Shown here piece by piece: positions 8,854 to 18,799 of a stretch of 64,000 nt of DNA. Source of the DNA: Actinomycetes bacterium (GTDB lineage: Bacteria > Actinomycetota > Acidimicrobiia > Acidimicrobiales > JAMCPL01); assembly GCA_021846515.1 (NCBI GenBank), contig JAJZWU010000005.1, forward strand, positions 4,659 through 68,658. Direction: 5' to 3'. The notes under the pieces were generated by a model that was not told the origin of the DNA, made no database searches, and saw nothing but the letters and a program-made list of their open reading frames with translations. The position numbers were made by a program, and so were the translations under genes. Position 1 is the first letter of the stretch; each line of letters opens with the position of its first letter.

Positions 8854-10729
8854 TGTCTATCACATCCATTATCGCAGCCTCTATCTCCGCCGTCTTGAAT
8901 GGCAATCCCTGCACCTTGGAGAGAGATTGGGCATCCACCAGATAAGCAGCCCTCAACATAGTACACAGTTGTCCTGAGTTTATCTCAGGAACCACTATCT
9001 TCCTGTAGTGGCCAAGCACATCACCAAGATTAGAAGGGAATGGATTCAAATGGACAAGATGTACCATTGCAGCTTTCATTCCTCTTGCTCGTACTCTCTT
9101 TACTCCCGCCATTACTGCAGAATAAGTAGATCCCCAGCTCACCAGCAGCACATCAGCGCCTCCCAAACCGTCTGGATCGTTTACTTCTACCTGTGGTATA
9201 TCCCTCGAAATAGCTTCCAGCTTTGCTTGGCGTAGTTGCACCATTCTCTCGTGATTCAACGGGTCATAAGAGACACTACCTGATCCATCCTGATGCTCCA
9301 GCCCACCTACTCTGTGCTCTAACCCGGGAGTACCTGGCAGTGCCCATTGTCTTGCAAATGTCTCGGGGTCGCGTATATATGGCCAATAGGAAGATTTTCC
9401 TTCGTCGTCCACATGATTGGGCTCCTCCAAGAAATTAGGGTCTATAGGCTCCATATTGCTTATATCTGGAAGCAGCCACGGTTCAGAGCTGTTTGCTATA
9501 TAACCATCTGAAAGAAGATAGACCGGTGTACGATACTTTACCGCCATCCTGCATGCCTCAATGGCTGCTTCGAAAGCATTACTCGGAGACATTGCTGCAA
9601 CAACCGGTACAGGGCTTTCACCATGCCGACCATATACCACGGCCAAAAGATCAGACTGTTCGGTCTTGGTAGGTATACCGGTTGAGGGACCTACCCTCTG
9701 GATATCCACTATCACCAGAGGCAGCTCCAAGTGGGCTGCCAACCCTATAGTCTCAGCCTTAAGATCTATACCCGGACCACTCGTGGTGGTGACTGCCAGG
9801 CTGCCGCCAAAAGCTGCTCCAAGCGCAGACCCAGCACCGGCAATCTCATCTTCGGCCTGGAATGTCTTCACCCCAAACTCCTTTAGCTTTGCGAGTTCAT
9901 GGAGTACGTCAGAAGCTGGGGTAATGGGATAGGAACCGAGAAAAAGCGGCATCTTTGCCAGCCTGGAAGCAGCAACAAGTCCCCAAGCCAAAGCAGTATT
10001 ACCTGTAACGCTGGTATAAGTACCCTCACGAAATGACGCTGCCGGCACTTCGTATTGCGACTCAAACAGCTCGGCGGTTTCACCAAAGTTATAACCTGCC
10101 TTGAATGATCTAAGGTTGGCTTCCCTCACCAGTTCGTTCGATGCAAACCTCTTTTGGATCCAATCAATGGTCGGCTCTACCGGTCTTGTGTACATCCAGC
10201 TCACAAGTCCCAGCGCAAAGAAATTCTTTGACCTCTCAGCATCACGTGGTTTTACACCGGCATCCTTGCATGCCTCCAGAGTAAGCTTGGTCATGGGTAC
10301 TTTGTACACACGGTATGAACTGAGCTCATCATCCTCCAACGGATTCGAGCTGTAGCCGGCCTTGGAAAGCGATCTCTCATCGAAGGCATCCACGTTGGCC
10401 AAGATCACCCCCCCTGGCACCAGAGAGGAAAGGTGTACTTTTAACGCAGCCGGATTCATGGCCACCAGCACATCAGGCTTGTCACCGGGAGTTAGAATAT
10501 CGTGATCAGAAAAATGAATCTGGAAACTTGACACTCCGGCAGGAGTACCGGCAGGGGCTCTGATCTCAGCCGGAAAATCAGGCAACGTAGCAATGTCGTT
10601 CGGAATAAGCGAAGTTGCTACAGTGAACCTATTACCGGCAAGCTGCATGCCATCTCCTGAATCGCCCGCAAACCGGACGACGACCTGATCTAATTCCTTC
10701 ACACTGTGCTGGGTAGTTATATCTGTCAC
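8846..10729 (-). CDS. korA: 2-oxoglutarate/2-oxoacid:ferredoxin oxidoreductase alpha subunit (fused gamma-alpha type)
   Basis: 627 aa. N-terminal POR gamma-like domain (GDSGDGMQLAG) followed by the pyruvate-flavodoxin/ferredoxin oxidoreductase core domain. Paired with korB. Confidence 0.9.
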   Translation of the reverse strand: MTDITTQHSVKELDQVVVRFAGDSGDGMQLAGNRFTVATSLIPNDIATLPDFPAEIRAPAGTPAGVSSFQIHFSDHDILTPGDKPDVLVAMNPAALKVHLSSLVPGGVILANVDAFDERSLSKAGYSSNPLEDDELSSYRVYKVPMTKLTLEACKDAGVKPRDAERSKNFFALGLVSWMYTRPVEPTIDWIQKRFASNELVREANLRSFKAGYNFGETAELFESQYEVPAASFREGTYTSVTGNTALAWGLVAASRLAKMPLFLGSYPITPASDVLHELAKLKEFGVKTFQAEDEIAGAGSALGAAFGGSLAVTTTSGPGIDLKAETIGLAAHLELPLVIVDIQRVGPSTGIPTKTEQSDLLAVVYGRHGESPVPVVAAMSPSNAFEAAIEACRMAVKYRTPVYLLSDGYIANSSEPWLLPDISNMEPIDPNFLEEPNHVDDEGKSSYWPYIRDPETFARQWALPGTPGLEHRVGGLEHQDGSGSVSYDPLNHERMVQLRQAKLEAISRDIPQVEVNDPDGLGGADVLLVSWGSTYSAVMAGVKRVRARGMKAAMVHLVHLNPFPSNLGDVLGHYRKIVVPEINSGQLCTMLRAAYLVDAQSLSKVQGLPFKTAEIEAAIMDVIDND

Positions 10730-10882
10730 TGTTTATTATTTTATATCCACATGACGGTAGCAATGCCAATCCTGCCGAAAATTGTTTGCACGCTGCTTCC
10801 AGATCACCCTGAGGTCGGTTTGGAGTTATACCCGAACAGGTTTGCAACGAACGCCGAAGGTCAACCTCAAAGGCAGGTAGTG

Positions 10883-12178
10883 CTATTGCGATTTTCTGGC
10901 AATAATATGTATGTCTATCTCAGCGTTGCCTGCTTCCTTAAGCAGGTTCCGGATGATGGATCCCCGCCTCATCTCCTCGAGACGGCTCCTCCCGGTAGAT
11001 CCTAATACGATCTGAGTGATCTGGTTCTCACGAGCAAACTCTACCATTGCCGTAGCGGGATTATCCGAATTGAGCACCACCCAGGTTCCCCCAAGATCGT
11101 GAGTAAGCTCTTCCAGCGCGGCCAGATGGCCATCTTCACGGCGCAATCCGTCAGACGATACCACATGTACGGCATGCAGCTCGGCTTTTGATCTCGCCGC
11201 CATTCTCGCAGCCCTGCGCAGTACGTTGTCAGAGCCTGGGGAGCCGGTGACTCCCACCATAATGCGCTCTGCAGTATCCCACGGCATCCCACCACCACGG
11301 GTCTTCAGGTAGGCGAGCATCTCCTCCTCTGTCTCATCCGCTACAAACCTCAATGCCAGCTCACGTAGGGCAGTAAGATTCTCACGCTTGAAAAAGTTGG
11401 AGAGCGCCAATGGAACTCTCTCCTTAGGATATATGTTGCCATGCAGCATCCTCCTACGCAGCTGATCCGGAGAAGAGTCAACCAGCTCTATCTGGTCCGC
11501 CTTTCGTACCACCCAGTCCGGCACACGCTCCCGCACTTTTACACCCATCATCTGCTCCACTGCGTCAGCAATACTTTCGAGATGTTGTATATTCACTGTA
11601 GTAATAACGGATATACCGGCATCAAGCAGTTGCATCACGTCTTGCCATCGCTTCTCGTGATCGCCGGAACCCGGTACGTTTGTATGTGCAAGTTCATCGA
11701 TAAGCGCCACTCTTGGAGATCGTTTTAAGATAGCGTCTGTATCCATCTCATAGAGTTGCTTTCCTCTGTATTCGACCATCTTGGGTGGCACCACATCAAG
11801 ACCGTCAATCAATGCGGCAGTCCTCTCTCGCCCGTGGGTCTCTACAAATCCTATTACGACATTAGTTCCCCTTAACCTCCGTCTATTCCCCTCATCCAGC
11901 ATGGCGCAGGTCTTGCCTACACCTGGTGCAGCACCGAGATATACGCGAAACTGTCCCGCCGGAGCTACTTCAATCCTCTCGGGATCAAATGCTGGAGATA
12001 CGTTGCTGATCAGTGCCGCTACATCTTCACCGCCACCTACCTCGTATTCAGCTTCGGCTACCTCCTCTCCGGCATTCGCATCAGCTGTTTTTTCATGACC
12101 ATCTTCGGCTTCTACCATTTCATTCATGTCAATCATATCTGCTCCGGTCGTTCTTATCTTCAGGCTGGAACCCCTCAT
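10883..12178 (-). CDS. Short KdpD-like protein: KdpD N-terminal (P-loop) domain + Usp domain, no kinase core
   Basis: 431 aa. An acidic ~75-aa leader, then RVYLGAAPGVGKTCAMLDEG (KdpD N-domain Walker A-like) and a universal-stress-protein domain. It ends without H-box or ATPase domains. The start overlaps the kdpE stop by 4 nt. Confidence 0.8.
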   Translation of the reverse strand: MRGSSLKIRTTGADMIDMNEMVEAEDGHEKTADANAGEEVAEAEYEVGGGEDVAALISNVSPAFDPERIEVAPAGQFRVYLGAAPGVGKTCAMLDEGNRRRLRGTNVVIGFVETHGRERTAALIDGLDVVPPKMVEYRGKQLYEMDTDAILKRSPRVALIDELAHTNVPGSGDHEKRWQDVMQLLDAGISVITTVNIQHLESIADAVEQMMGVKVRERVPDWVVRKADQIELVDSSPDQLRRRMLHGNIYPKERVPLALSNFFKRENLTALRELALRFVADETEEEMLAYLKTRGGGMPWDTAERIMVGVTGSPGSDNVLRRAARMAARSKAELHAVHVVSSDGLRREDGHLAALEELTHDLGGTWVVLNSDNPATAMVEFARENQITQIVLGSTGRSRLEEMRRGSIIRNLLKEAGNAEIDIHIIARKSQ

Positions 12179-12915
12179 GGGATAAAACGGTATCCTATGC
12201 CCGGCTCGGTATGAAAATACCTCGGTCTACTTGGATCTGGCTCTAATTTATGGCGAACCTGGACCATGAATACCCGCAGGTAGTTGGTCTCTCTGTCGTA
12301 CCCATCACCCCACACCTCTCTCAATAGCTGCTTTTGCGATACAATGCACCCACGGTTACGAGCCAGCATCTCGACTATTTTCCACTGTGTCGGCGTAAGC
12401 CTTATATGACCACCCGAACGGTCACGCACCTCCATTGCCGCCAAATCTATAACAAAATGATCGGTTTCGACACATCCAAGAGGCTCCTGCGCAGATATAG
12501 CACGTCTCAATAACGCACGCATCCTTGCCAGCAACTCATTTATGGCAAATGGCTTTGTAACATAATCATCGGCGCCATAATCCAAAGCTGCAACTTTGTC
12601 ACTCTCCGAATCACGTGCCGAGAGCACAAGTACCGGCACACTCGACCATGCACGGATAGCAGCCAGCACCTCAATCCCGTCAACGTCGGGCAATCCCAGG
12701 TCCAAAATAACCACATCCGGATGCCTTGAGGCTGCCAGCGCAATAGCCTCATCACCGCTACTGGCAAGATCCAACTGATAACCATGCGCCTTTAGAGTAA
12801 TACCCAAAGCCTTCAGGAATGACAACTCATCATCCACCAAAAGCACCCGTTGACCTGATCCTGGCGCTGAACCTGCCATATCCCGTACTGCCAACTTTCC
12901 TGTCGGAGCATTCAT
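12175..12915 (-). CDS. kdpE: OmpR/KdpE-family response regulator
   Basis: Receiver domain (RVLLVDDE...DVVILDLGLPDVDG...TKPF) plus a winged-helix output domain. The preferred start is the ATG at 12915, which overlaps the kdpD stop (ATGA). The ORF-track extension to 13020 lies inside kdpD. Confidence 0.85.
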   Translation of the reverse strand: MNAPTGKLAVRDMAGSAPGSGQRVLLVDDELSFLKALGITLKAHGYQLDLASSGDEAIALAASRHPDVVILDLGLPDVDGIEVLAAIRAWSSVPVLVLSARDSESDKVAALDYGADDYVTKPFAINELLARMRALLRRAISAQEPLGCVETDHFVIDLAAMEVRDRSGGHIRLTPTQWKIVEMLARNRGCIVSQKQLLREVWGDGYDRETNYLRVFMVQVRHKLEPDPSRPRYFHTEPGIGYRFIP

Positions 12916-15287
12916 CCTGCAGCATCCTCCCCTGATACAGTTGCGGCATCTCCCAATGCGGGCAGTTCTCCTGACCCCGGCAGCTCTCCCGATGCGGGTA
13001 ATACTATCTCTACCGTACAACCACCTCCGGGCGTATCGTGTAACGATACTGTGCCGCGCATAGACTCCACAAACCCACGAACTACTGCCAATCCCAACCC
13101 TACCCCCGTCCCATTGGGAACATCACCGAGCCGCTGGAATGGCTTGAACACCTCATCTCGTTTATTGCGACTTATACCGGGGCCAAAGTCCACCACGCGA
13201 ATATATCCCTCGCCACCGGATATCCCAGCCTCAAGTAATACCCTGCCTTCCTCTCCCGAATACGAGAGCGCATTTTGCAGCAGGTTTGCTATTACCCTCT
13301 CCAGCAATACCGGGTCAGCCATAATACCCTGTGCGTTGCCGTTCACCTTGAGCGTCACTCTACCAGAGTCATCCTTTAAGTAATCCATCACGCCCGGTAA
13401 TATATCGTCCAATGCAATAGGCATAATATCTACATTAAGGGAACCGGTTTGCAGGCGGCTCATATCAAGAAGGTTTCTCACCAGCATATCCAATCTGTCT
13501 GCCTCTGAGTCAATGGTCAATAAAAGCTCTTTTGCCAATTCCGGATCATTAACCATACCCAGGTCAAGCAAACTCGTTGCAGCAGCCTTGATTGACGCCA
13601 ATGGGGTGCGCAGATCGTGCGACACTGATGATAATAATGCAGAACGGAACTTATCCCCCTCCTCCACCAACTTCATCTTTGACCTGTCGAGTACCCTATC
13701 GCGCTTCTCTGCAGCAAGTCCAAGCAATATGCACATTGCATGCAGAAATGGCTGAACTGAATCGTCTATACGATCAGCCGTCATACACACATATCTATCG
13801 TTGGCAATAGGAATTGCTATGGAACTGCTGTCTGGCGAATCCGGGGCATTACCCCATCGTACAACAGACTCATATCCACCCCCAGCCTTCATGACTACCG
13901 AAAGACCATGAACAGGTAGAGCATTCCTGAACAACCACACAGCAGACGGTACCGGATCGTCATTGTCAAGTATAATCGCCGATGCACTAGACAGGATCCT
14001 TACCTGCTCTGATGGATCCGGCAACGCTGATGATCGTCTGGACAGCGAAAGGAACGGCCACTTTGAGAAGCGACGATGAGTACTGCCTACAGTGCTGGGG
14101 TGTCGCGTGACATCATCATCAATGGATGGATGTCTGCTGTTCTCGTTGCCGGTAGCGCCGGGGGATATAACTATGACATCCACCTCCCCGGCACAGCTAC
14201 GGATCAGGTCATTTATTACAGAACCGAATAGCGCATCTGAAATACGTGATCTGCGGCTGGCCCCGATAACCAACCTAGTTGCACGCTGCACCCGGACAAA
14301 GTTGGCCAGAGCACCGGAAACATCGGATCCAAAAATTTCATGATAAGAACCGCCCAGGTTCAGAGTAAGCTCCTTGAATGACTCGAGCCTATCTACAGAT
14401 CTACTTCTTACACCATCGTCTCGTGATACATGTACGGCAATAAGCTCGCCATTCGACCTTGATGCCATTCTCGCAGATCTTCGTATAAGACTGTCACCGC
14501 CACTTGCACCGGTAACTGCAACCACCACCCTCTCCTTGCCCTTAAAACCAGCATAGGGAGAATCACTTTCGGCATATTGCCTTACATATTCATCTACCCT
14601 GTCGGCCACCCACAACAGTGCCAACTCCCGTAAGGCAGCAAGCCGCGTAGGCCGAAAATAGCCAGCAAGTGAAACATCGACATCCTCTGCGGGAAATATA
14701 TTACCGTGAGCAAGACGCCTGACCAGTGCTTGTGGGGTCATATCGATCAGCTCTATCTGGTCCGCAGAACGAACAACTTTATCCGGTATAAGACTGTCAG
14801 GCACTGTACCGGTAATCTTAAATACTATATCAGCCAGTGATTCAAGGCGATCTACATTCAGAGTAGAGATCACATCTATGCCGGATTCAAGGAACACTTC
14901 GACATCCTGCCAACGTGCTATCCTTTCGCATCCAGGCGGGTTGGCATCAGCCAGATCATCTACAAGAACCACCTCAGGAGACTCCTTAAGAATAGCAAAA
15001 ACATCCATTGCTGGGCCGTCATAAAAACCATAATCATGTCCTTGTTGCATACCACCCTTCATGCTACCGCCGGGCTTATTGGCAGGGAGGGGAGGAACTA
15101 CCCGCAGTCCTTCAATCTGTGCTTCGGTGACCGGACGATGGCGGGCATTTACCCAGCCGGCAACTACGCGAGTACCGCGTTGCTGCCTACGACGTCCCTC
15201 GTTGAGCATCGCATAGGTCTTTCCGACACCTGGAGCAGCTCCAAAATATATTCGCAACTCTCCTCTACCTGCATGAGGTGAAGCCAT
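12912..15287 (-). CDS. kdpD: KdpD-type sensor histidine kinase lacking the usual four-helix membrane domain
   Basis: KdpD N-domain (RIYFGAAPGVGKTYAMLNEG), Usp domain, a polar linker, a GAF-like stretch, an H-box (SHDLRTPLASI) and a HATPase_c domain (GPGISRN...GTGVGLGLAVV). I could find no hydrophobic helices between Usp and H-box. Start taken at MASPHAGRG (15287). Confidence 0.85.
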   Translation of the reverse strand: MASPHAGRGELRIYFGAAPGVGKTYAMLNEGRRRQQRGTRVVAGWVNARHRPVTEAQIEGLRVVPPLPANKPGGSMKGGMQQGHDYGFYDGPAMDVFAILKESPEVVLVDDLADANPPGCERIARWQDVEVFLESGIDVISTLNVDRLESLADIVFKITGTVPDSLIPDKVVRSADQIELIDMTPQALVRRLAHGNIFPAEDVDVSLAGYFRPTRLAALRELALLWVADRVDEYVRQYAESDSPYAGFKGKERVVVAVTGASGGDSLIRRSARMASRSNGELIAVHVSRDDGVRSRSVDRLESFKELTLNLGGSYHEIFGSDVSGALANFVRVQRATRLVIGASRRSRISDALFGSVINDLIRSCAGEVDVIVISPGATGNENSRHPSIDDDVTRHPSTVGSTHRRFSKWPFLSLSRRSSALPDPSEQVRILSSASAIILDNDDPVPSAVWLFRNALPVHGLSVVMKAGGGYESVVRWGNAPDSPDSSSIAIPIANDRYVCMTADRIDDSVQPFLHAMCILLGLAAEKRDRVLDRSKMKLVEEGDKFRSALLSSVSHDLRTPLASIKAAATSLLDLGMVNDPELAKELLLTIDSEADRLDMLVRNLLDMSRLQTGSLNVDIMPIALDDILPGVMDYLKDDSGRVTLKVNGNAQGIMADPVLLERVIANLLQNALSYSGEEGRVLLEAGISGGEGYIRVVDFGPGISRNKRDEVFKPFQRLGDVPNGTGVGLGLAVVRGFVESMRGTVSLHDTPGGGCTVEIVLPASGELPGSGELPALGDAATVSGEDAAG

Positions 15288-15439
15288 AATAAAAACTTTA
15301 GTATAGAAGTGCAGCAATGCAGTGCAAGTTGCATGCCTTCCTCTGGTTGCGCACACACAAGTGACCAAGCGGGAGCGCAAGCCTCGTCCATAAGGGCGGG
15401 GAGGATGTCACCACCGCCACATTCCCGCAGCTGAATTGA

Positions 15440-16189
15440 TTATTCGTCTATTGCGGCCAAAACGCTGTCAGGGATGTCAAAGTTGGACCACACATTTTGG
15501 ACATCATCATGATCATCCAGTGCTTCCATCAGTTTAATGATTTTTTTGGCATCGCTCTCGTCCTCGATACCTATAAGGTTGGAGGCTGTCAATGCCAATT
15601 CGTTTGACTTTATCTCGATACCGGCGTCATTCAGCGCCTTGACTGTAGCCTGTAACTGCGCCGGCTGGCATGTGACAAGCCATCCGTCATCATCTTTTAC
15701 TACATCTTCGGCACCTGTATCCAGCACCACCATCATGACTGCATCCTCGTCAATGGATCCGTCTACATATATCTGACCCACTCTGTTGAACTGCCACAAC
15801 ACCGAACCGGGTTCAGCCATGGATCCCCCATTCCTGCCAAAAATACTTCGTATATCTGCACCGGTACGGTTTTTGTTGTCGGTAAGGCATTCTACAACAA
15901 TGGCGACACCACCATGACCGTATCCTTCGTACGATATTGCCTCGTAGTGCACTCCCTCCAGCTCACCGGTTCCACGTTTGATTGCCCTCTCTATGGTATC
16001 CATGGGCACCGAAGCGGCTCGTGCTTTTTCATACATGGTTCGCAGGGTGGCATTTGCGTCTACGTCTCCCCCACCTTCACGGGCAGCCACCTCTATCTGG
16101 CGAATCAACTTTGCAAAGAGTTTCCCGCGAGCCTTATCCACAGCAGCCTTACGGTGCTTGGTGGTTGCCCACTTAGAATGCCCCGACAT
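15440..16189 (-). CDS. YebC/PmpR-family transcriptional regulator
   Basis: 249 aa beginning MSGHSKWATTKHRKAAVDKARGKLFAKL, the family signature. Confidence 0.9.
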   Translation of the reverse strand: MSGHSKWATTKHRKAAVDKARGKLFAKLIRQIEVAAREGGGDVDANATLRTMYEKARAASVPMDTIERAIKRGTGELEGVHYEAISYEGYGHGGVAIVVECLTDNKNRTGADIRSIFGRNGGSMAEPGSVLWQFNRVGQIYVDGSIDEDAVMMVVLDTGAEDVVKDDDGWLVTCQPAQLQATVKALNDAGIEIKSNELALTASNLIGIEDESDAKKIIKLMEALDDHDDVQNVWSNFDIPDSVLAAIDE

Positions 16190-16235
16190 ACGACTAGATG
16201 CACCTTACCTTTCCAAACAACTTATTACCTACGCT

Positions 16236-16829
16236 TTATTTTCTACGCTTCATTTGATCGACAAACATTGAATGAATGCTCCGATCCGGCGTCAATTCAG
16301 GGTGAAACGTACATGCCAGTATCGACCCCTGCCTGCACATTACCACATCTGCTCCGTCATGACCAGCTACACCCTCAATGGCTGCAAGCACCTCCACATC
16401 CGAGCCGGCTTTTAGTATACGCGGCGCCCTGATGAAGATTGCATGAAAGCCGCCCGTAGAGAGCATTATGTCTGTTTCAAAGGATTGGAGCTGCCTACCG
16501 TAACCGTTTCGTTTGATGGATAGATCCAGCATCCCGAAGGATATCTGGTCGTCACGACCATCTACGATCTCCCCGGATAGAATAATCACCCCGGCACATG
16601 TGGCCAGCACCGGCAACCCGCTATTCAACAACCCCATGAGCGGCGCATACAGACCGGAAGATTGGATAAGAAGCGACATGGCGGTCGACTCCCCGCCTGG
16701 AATAACCAATCCTTCAATACCATCCAAGTCCGATGGACACCTGATAAACCTTACATCTACAGAAAGATCGTCAAGAGCTGAAGCGTGTGCAAAGAAATCA
16801 CCCTGCAATGCCAAAATGCCAACTAACAC
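16236..16829 (-). CDS. pdxT: Pyridoxal 5'-phosphate synthase glutaminase subunit
   Basis: 197 aa class-I amidotransferase (VGILALQGDF..., LATCAG catalytic Cys, FHPE), directly downstream of pdxS. Confidence 0.9.
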   Translation of the reverse strand: MLVGILALQGDFFAHASALDDLSVDVRFIRCPSDLDGIEGLVIPGGESTAMSLLIQSSGLYAPLMGLLNSGLPVLATCAGVIILSGEIVDGRDDQISFGMLDLSIKRNGYGRQLQSFETDIMLSTGGFHAIFIRAPRILKAGSDVEVLAAIEGVAGHDGADVVMCRQGSILACTFHPELTPDRSIHSMFVDQMKRRK

Positions 16830-16841
16830 TATACCAGTATA

Positions 16842-17780
16842 CTACCAGCCTCTTTCCGCCAGCCTGGCGCCATAAGATGTATCGTCCAGACCACGCATGG
16901 CTTCCCCCAATCCCTTCGATACCCTGCCAACCAGCCCTGCGTCGTCATAGTGCACGCAGGCTTCCACAATGGCGCGTGCCCTCTCGGAAGGATTGTCACT
17001 CTTAAATATACCTGAACCTACGAAGATGGATTCAGCCCCCAGCTGCCTAACCAAAGAAGCATCGGCGGGTGTAGCTATCCCTCCCGCACAAAACAGTGGT
17101 ACAGGCAACCATCCCGTATCAGCCACCATCCTCACCAACTCGTAAGGTGCTCCAAGTGATTTCGCCCAGGCGTACAGTTCGGCATGGTCTGCACTTGCCA
17201 ACTTCTTGATATCGCCTACAATTGATCTCAGGTGATAGACGGCTTCTACTATATTGCCGGTACCGGCCTCACCTTTTGACCTGATCAAAGCTGCACCCTC
17301 AGATATCCTTCTCAATGCCTCACCCAGGTTTGTTGCACCGCATACAAACGGAACATCAAATTTCCACTTGTCTATATGGTTCTCGCGATCAGCCGGTGTA
17401 AGCACCTCACTCTCGTCTATGTAGTCGACACCAATAGACTGCAGGATCTGGGCCTCAGCAAAATGACCTATACGGGCCTTTGCCATTACCGGGATTGTTA
17501 CAGCCTCCTCGATCTCCATAATCAGAGCCGGATCACTCATCCTGGCCACACCACCTTGTGCCCTTATATCAGCCGGCACCCGTTCAAGCGCCATCACTGC
17601 CACAGCTCCGGCATCTTCGGCTATCTTGGCATGCTCAGAAGTTACTACATCCATAATCACCCCGCCTTTTAGCATTTCGGCAAGACCGCGCTTGACCTGG
17701 AAAGTACCCGTAAGGTGATCGTTGGTTAAATCATCAGTCATATCTACCATGCTACCACGCGAAACTGTTGCTCGATACAT
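16842..17780 (-). CDS. pdxS: Pyridoxal 5'-phosphate synthase lyase subunit
   Basis: 312 aa with [18 protein letters not shown]...[20 protein letters not shown], the highly conserved PdxS/SNZ sequence. The start may lie slightly downstream. Confidence 0.95.
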   Translation of the reverse strand: MYRATVSRGSMVDMTDDLTNDHLTGTFQVKRGLAEMLKGGVIMDVVTSEHAKIAEDAGAVAVMALERVPADIRAQGGVARMSDPALIMEIEEAVTIPVMAKARIGHFAEAQILQSIGVDYIDESEVLTPADRENHIDKWKFDVPFVCGATNLGEALRRISEGAALIRSKGEAGTGNIVEAVYHLRSIVGDIKKLASADHAELYAWAKSLGAPYELVRMVADTGWLPVPLFCAGGIATPADASLVRQLGAESIFVGSGIFKSDNPSERARAIVEACVHYDDAGLVGRVSKGLGEAMRGLDDTSYGARLAERGW

Positions 17781-17847
17781 GCCATGTCGGATACATTGCA
17801 GCCGACATACCGGTGGAAGCGCATAATTAGCGAGACACTACACTAAA

Positions 17848-18735
17848 TCAGTAAAGCTCCTGAAGGGCGGACATTCTCACGTAGGGATGATCAACGTTGT
17901 TTACCTGGTTCGTCGTCTCTGGCCGTTCCCCCAGTGGCACTGTCCAGAGGTACTTCGTTGCCCTGCCGGCAGCCGTCTTTAAGAGTCTCGTCTTCCCAGC
18001 GCTCTCTGACATCAATTTCAATGCCGAGTATAGCGAAGGCGGATGGCGAGTAAGGGAGACGGCTCTTATGTCAGCCGGCAACTCACGACCTTTACCGGAA
18101 ACCCAGTAAACCACCTTCGATATGCCAGGAACCACAACAACCAGCGGCAATGCAGCAAATGCAGCCAGGGTGCCGACCGTAGCTTCCCTCGAACGCAAAT
18201 GCAGTATCTCATGAGCCATGGCTGCCTCGATCTCGAGTGGGCCAAGAGTATCGGCGAGGGCACTGGTAAAGACAAGTGATATATTCTGCTGTGACGTACC
18301 CGCAGACAGCGCATTGATGCTTGGATCATCGACTACGTAGAGATGGGGCAATCCAATGCCGACCGAATCACATATACCCTGTATAACTGTTACGACGCGC
18401 GGGTACTGCCCGCTGGTTACCGGAGTACAACCGATACTCCTCAGTAGCCATGACGTACATTTATTCCACAAAAAAAATGCACTGGCAGCCACTATGCATA
18501 CTCCAACGACAGGACCGACGATCCAACTACCGGTAGCCAATCCCAGCAATGCAGCCGGCACGGCAGGAGTGCCACAACAAATTATCACGATCTTGGCATC
18601 AATTGCCCGGTGATGCCTGGTAGATGCCTCCCATGGTGAGGTTGTGCTATACGGGATGACGGGAACCTGCTGCCGTATGCCCTGCGGACGGCGATTATTT
18701 CTATTCTTGTAATTTTTCCGGTAACCTTCAGCCAT
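17848..18735 (-). CDS. M48-family (HtpX-like) membrane zinc metalloprotease
   Basis: HExxH (AHEILHL), an NALSAG motif upstream of it, and N-terminal TM helices. Start taken at the ATG (MAEGYRKNY). The ORF track begins at a TTG at 18750. Confidence 0.7.
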   Translation of the reverse strand: MAEGYRKNYKNRNNRRPQGIRQQVPVIPYSTTSPWEASTRHHRAIDAKIVIICCGTPAVPAALLGLATGSWIVGPVVGVCIVAASAFFLWNKCTSWLLRSIGCTPVTSGQYPRVVTVIQGICDSVGIGLPHLYVVDDPSINALSAGTSQQNISLVFTSALADTLGPLEIEAAMAHEILHLRSREATVGTLAAFAALPLVVVVPGISKVVYWVSGKGRELPADIRAVSLTRHPPSLYSALKLMSESAGKTRLLKTAAGRATKYLWTVPLGERPETTNQVNNVDHPYVRMSALQELY

Positions 18736-18766
18736 ATCCCTTCCTAGCAATATCCCTTCTTAGCAA
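18735..18766. repeat. Tandem 16-bp duplication (TATCCCTTC[C/T]TAGCAA x2) covering the RBS region of the M48 gene
   Basis: Read directly, with one mismatch. On the coding strand each unit contains GAAGGGA (SD-like). The first unit abuts the ATG. Confidence 0.8.
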
Positions 18767-18799
18767 TATACAAACAGATCAGAAAAACTATTATATATC

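Noticed and set aside
12916-13020. N-terminal extensions in the ORF track for kdpE, and similarly for kdpD (15288-15380), ftsK (38872-38976) and uvrB (42896-42931).
   Set aside because: The extensions overlap upstream genes or lack homology. Internal ATGs coincide with the start of the conserved domains, and for kdpE the internal ATG forms an ATGA stop/start overlap.
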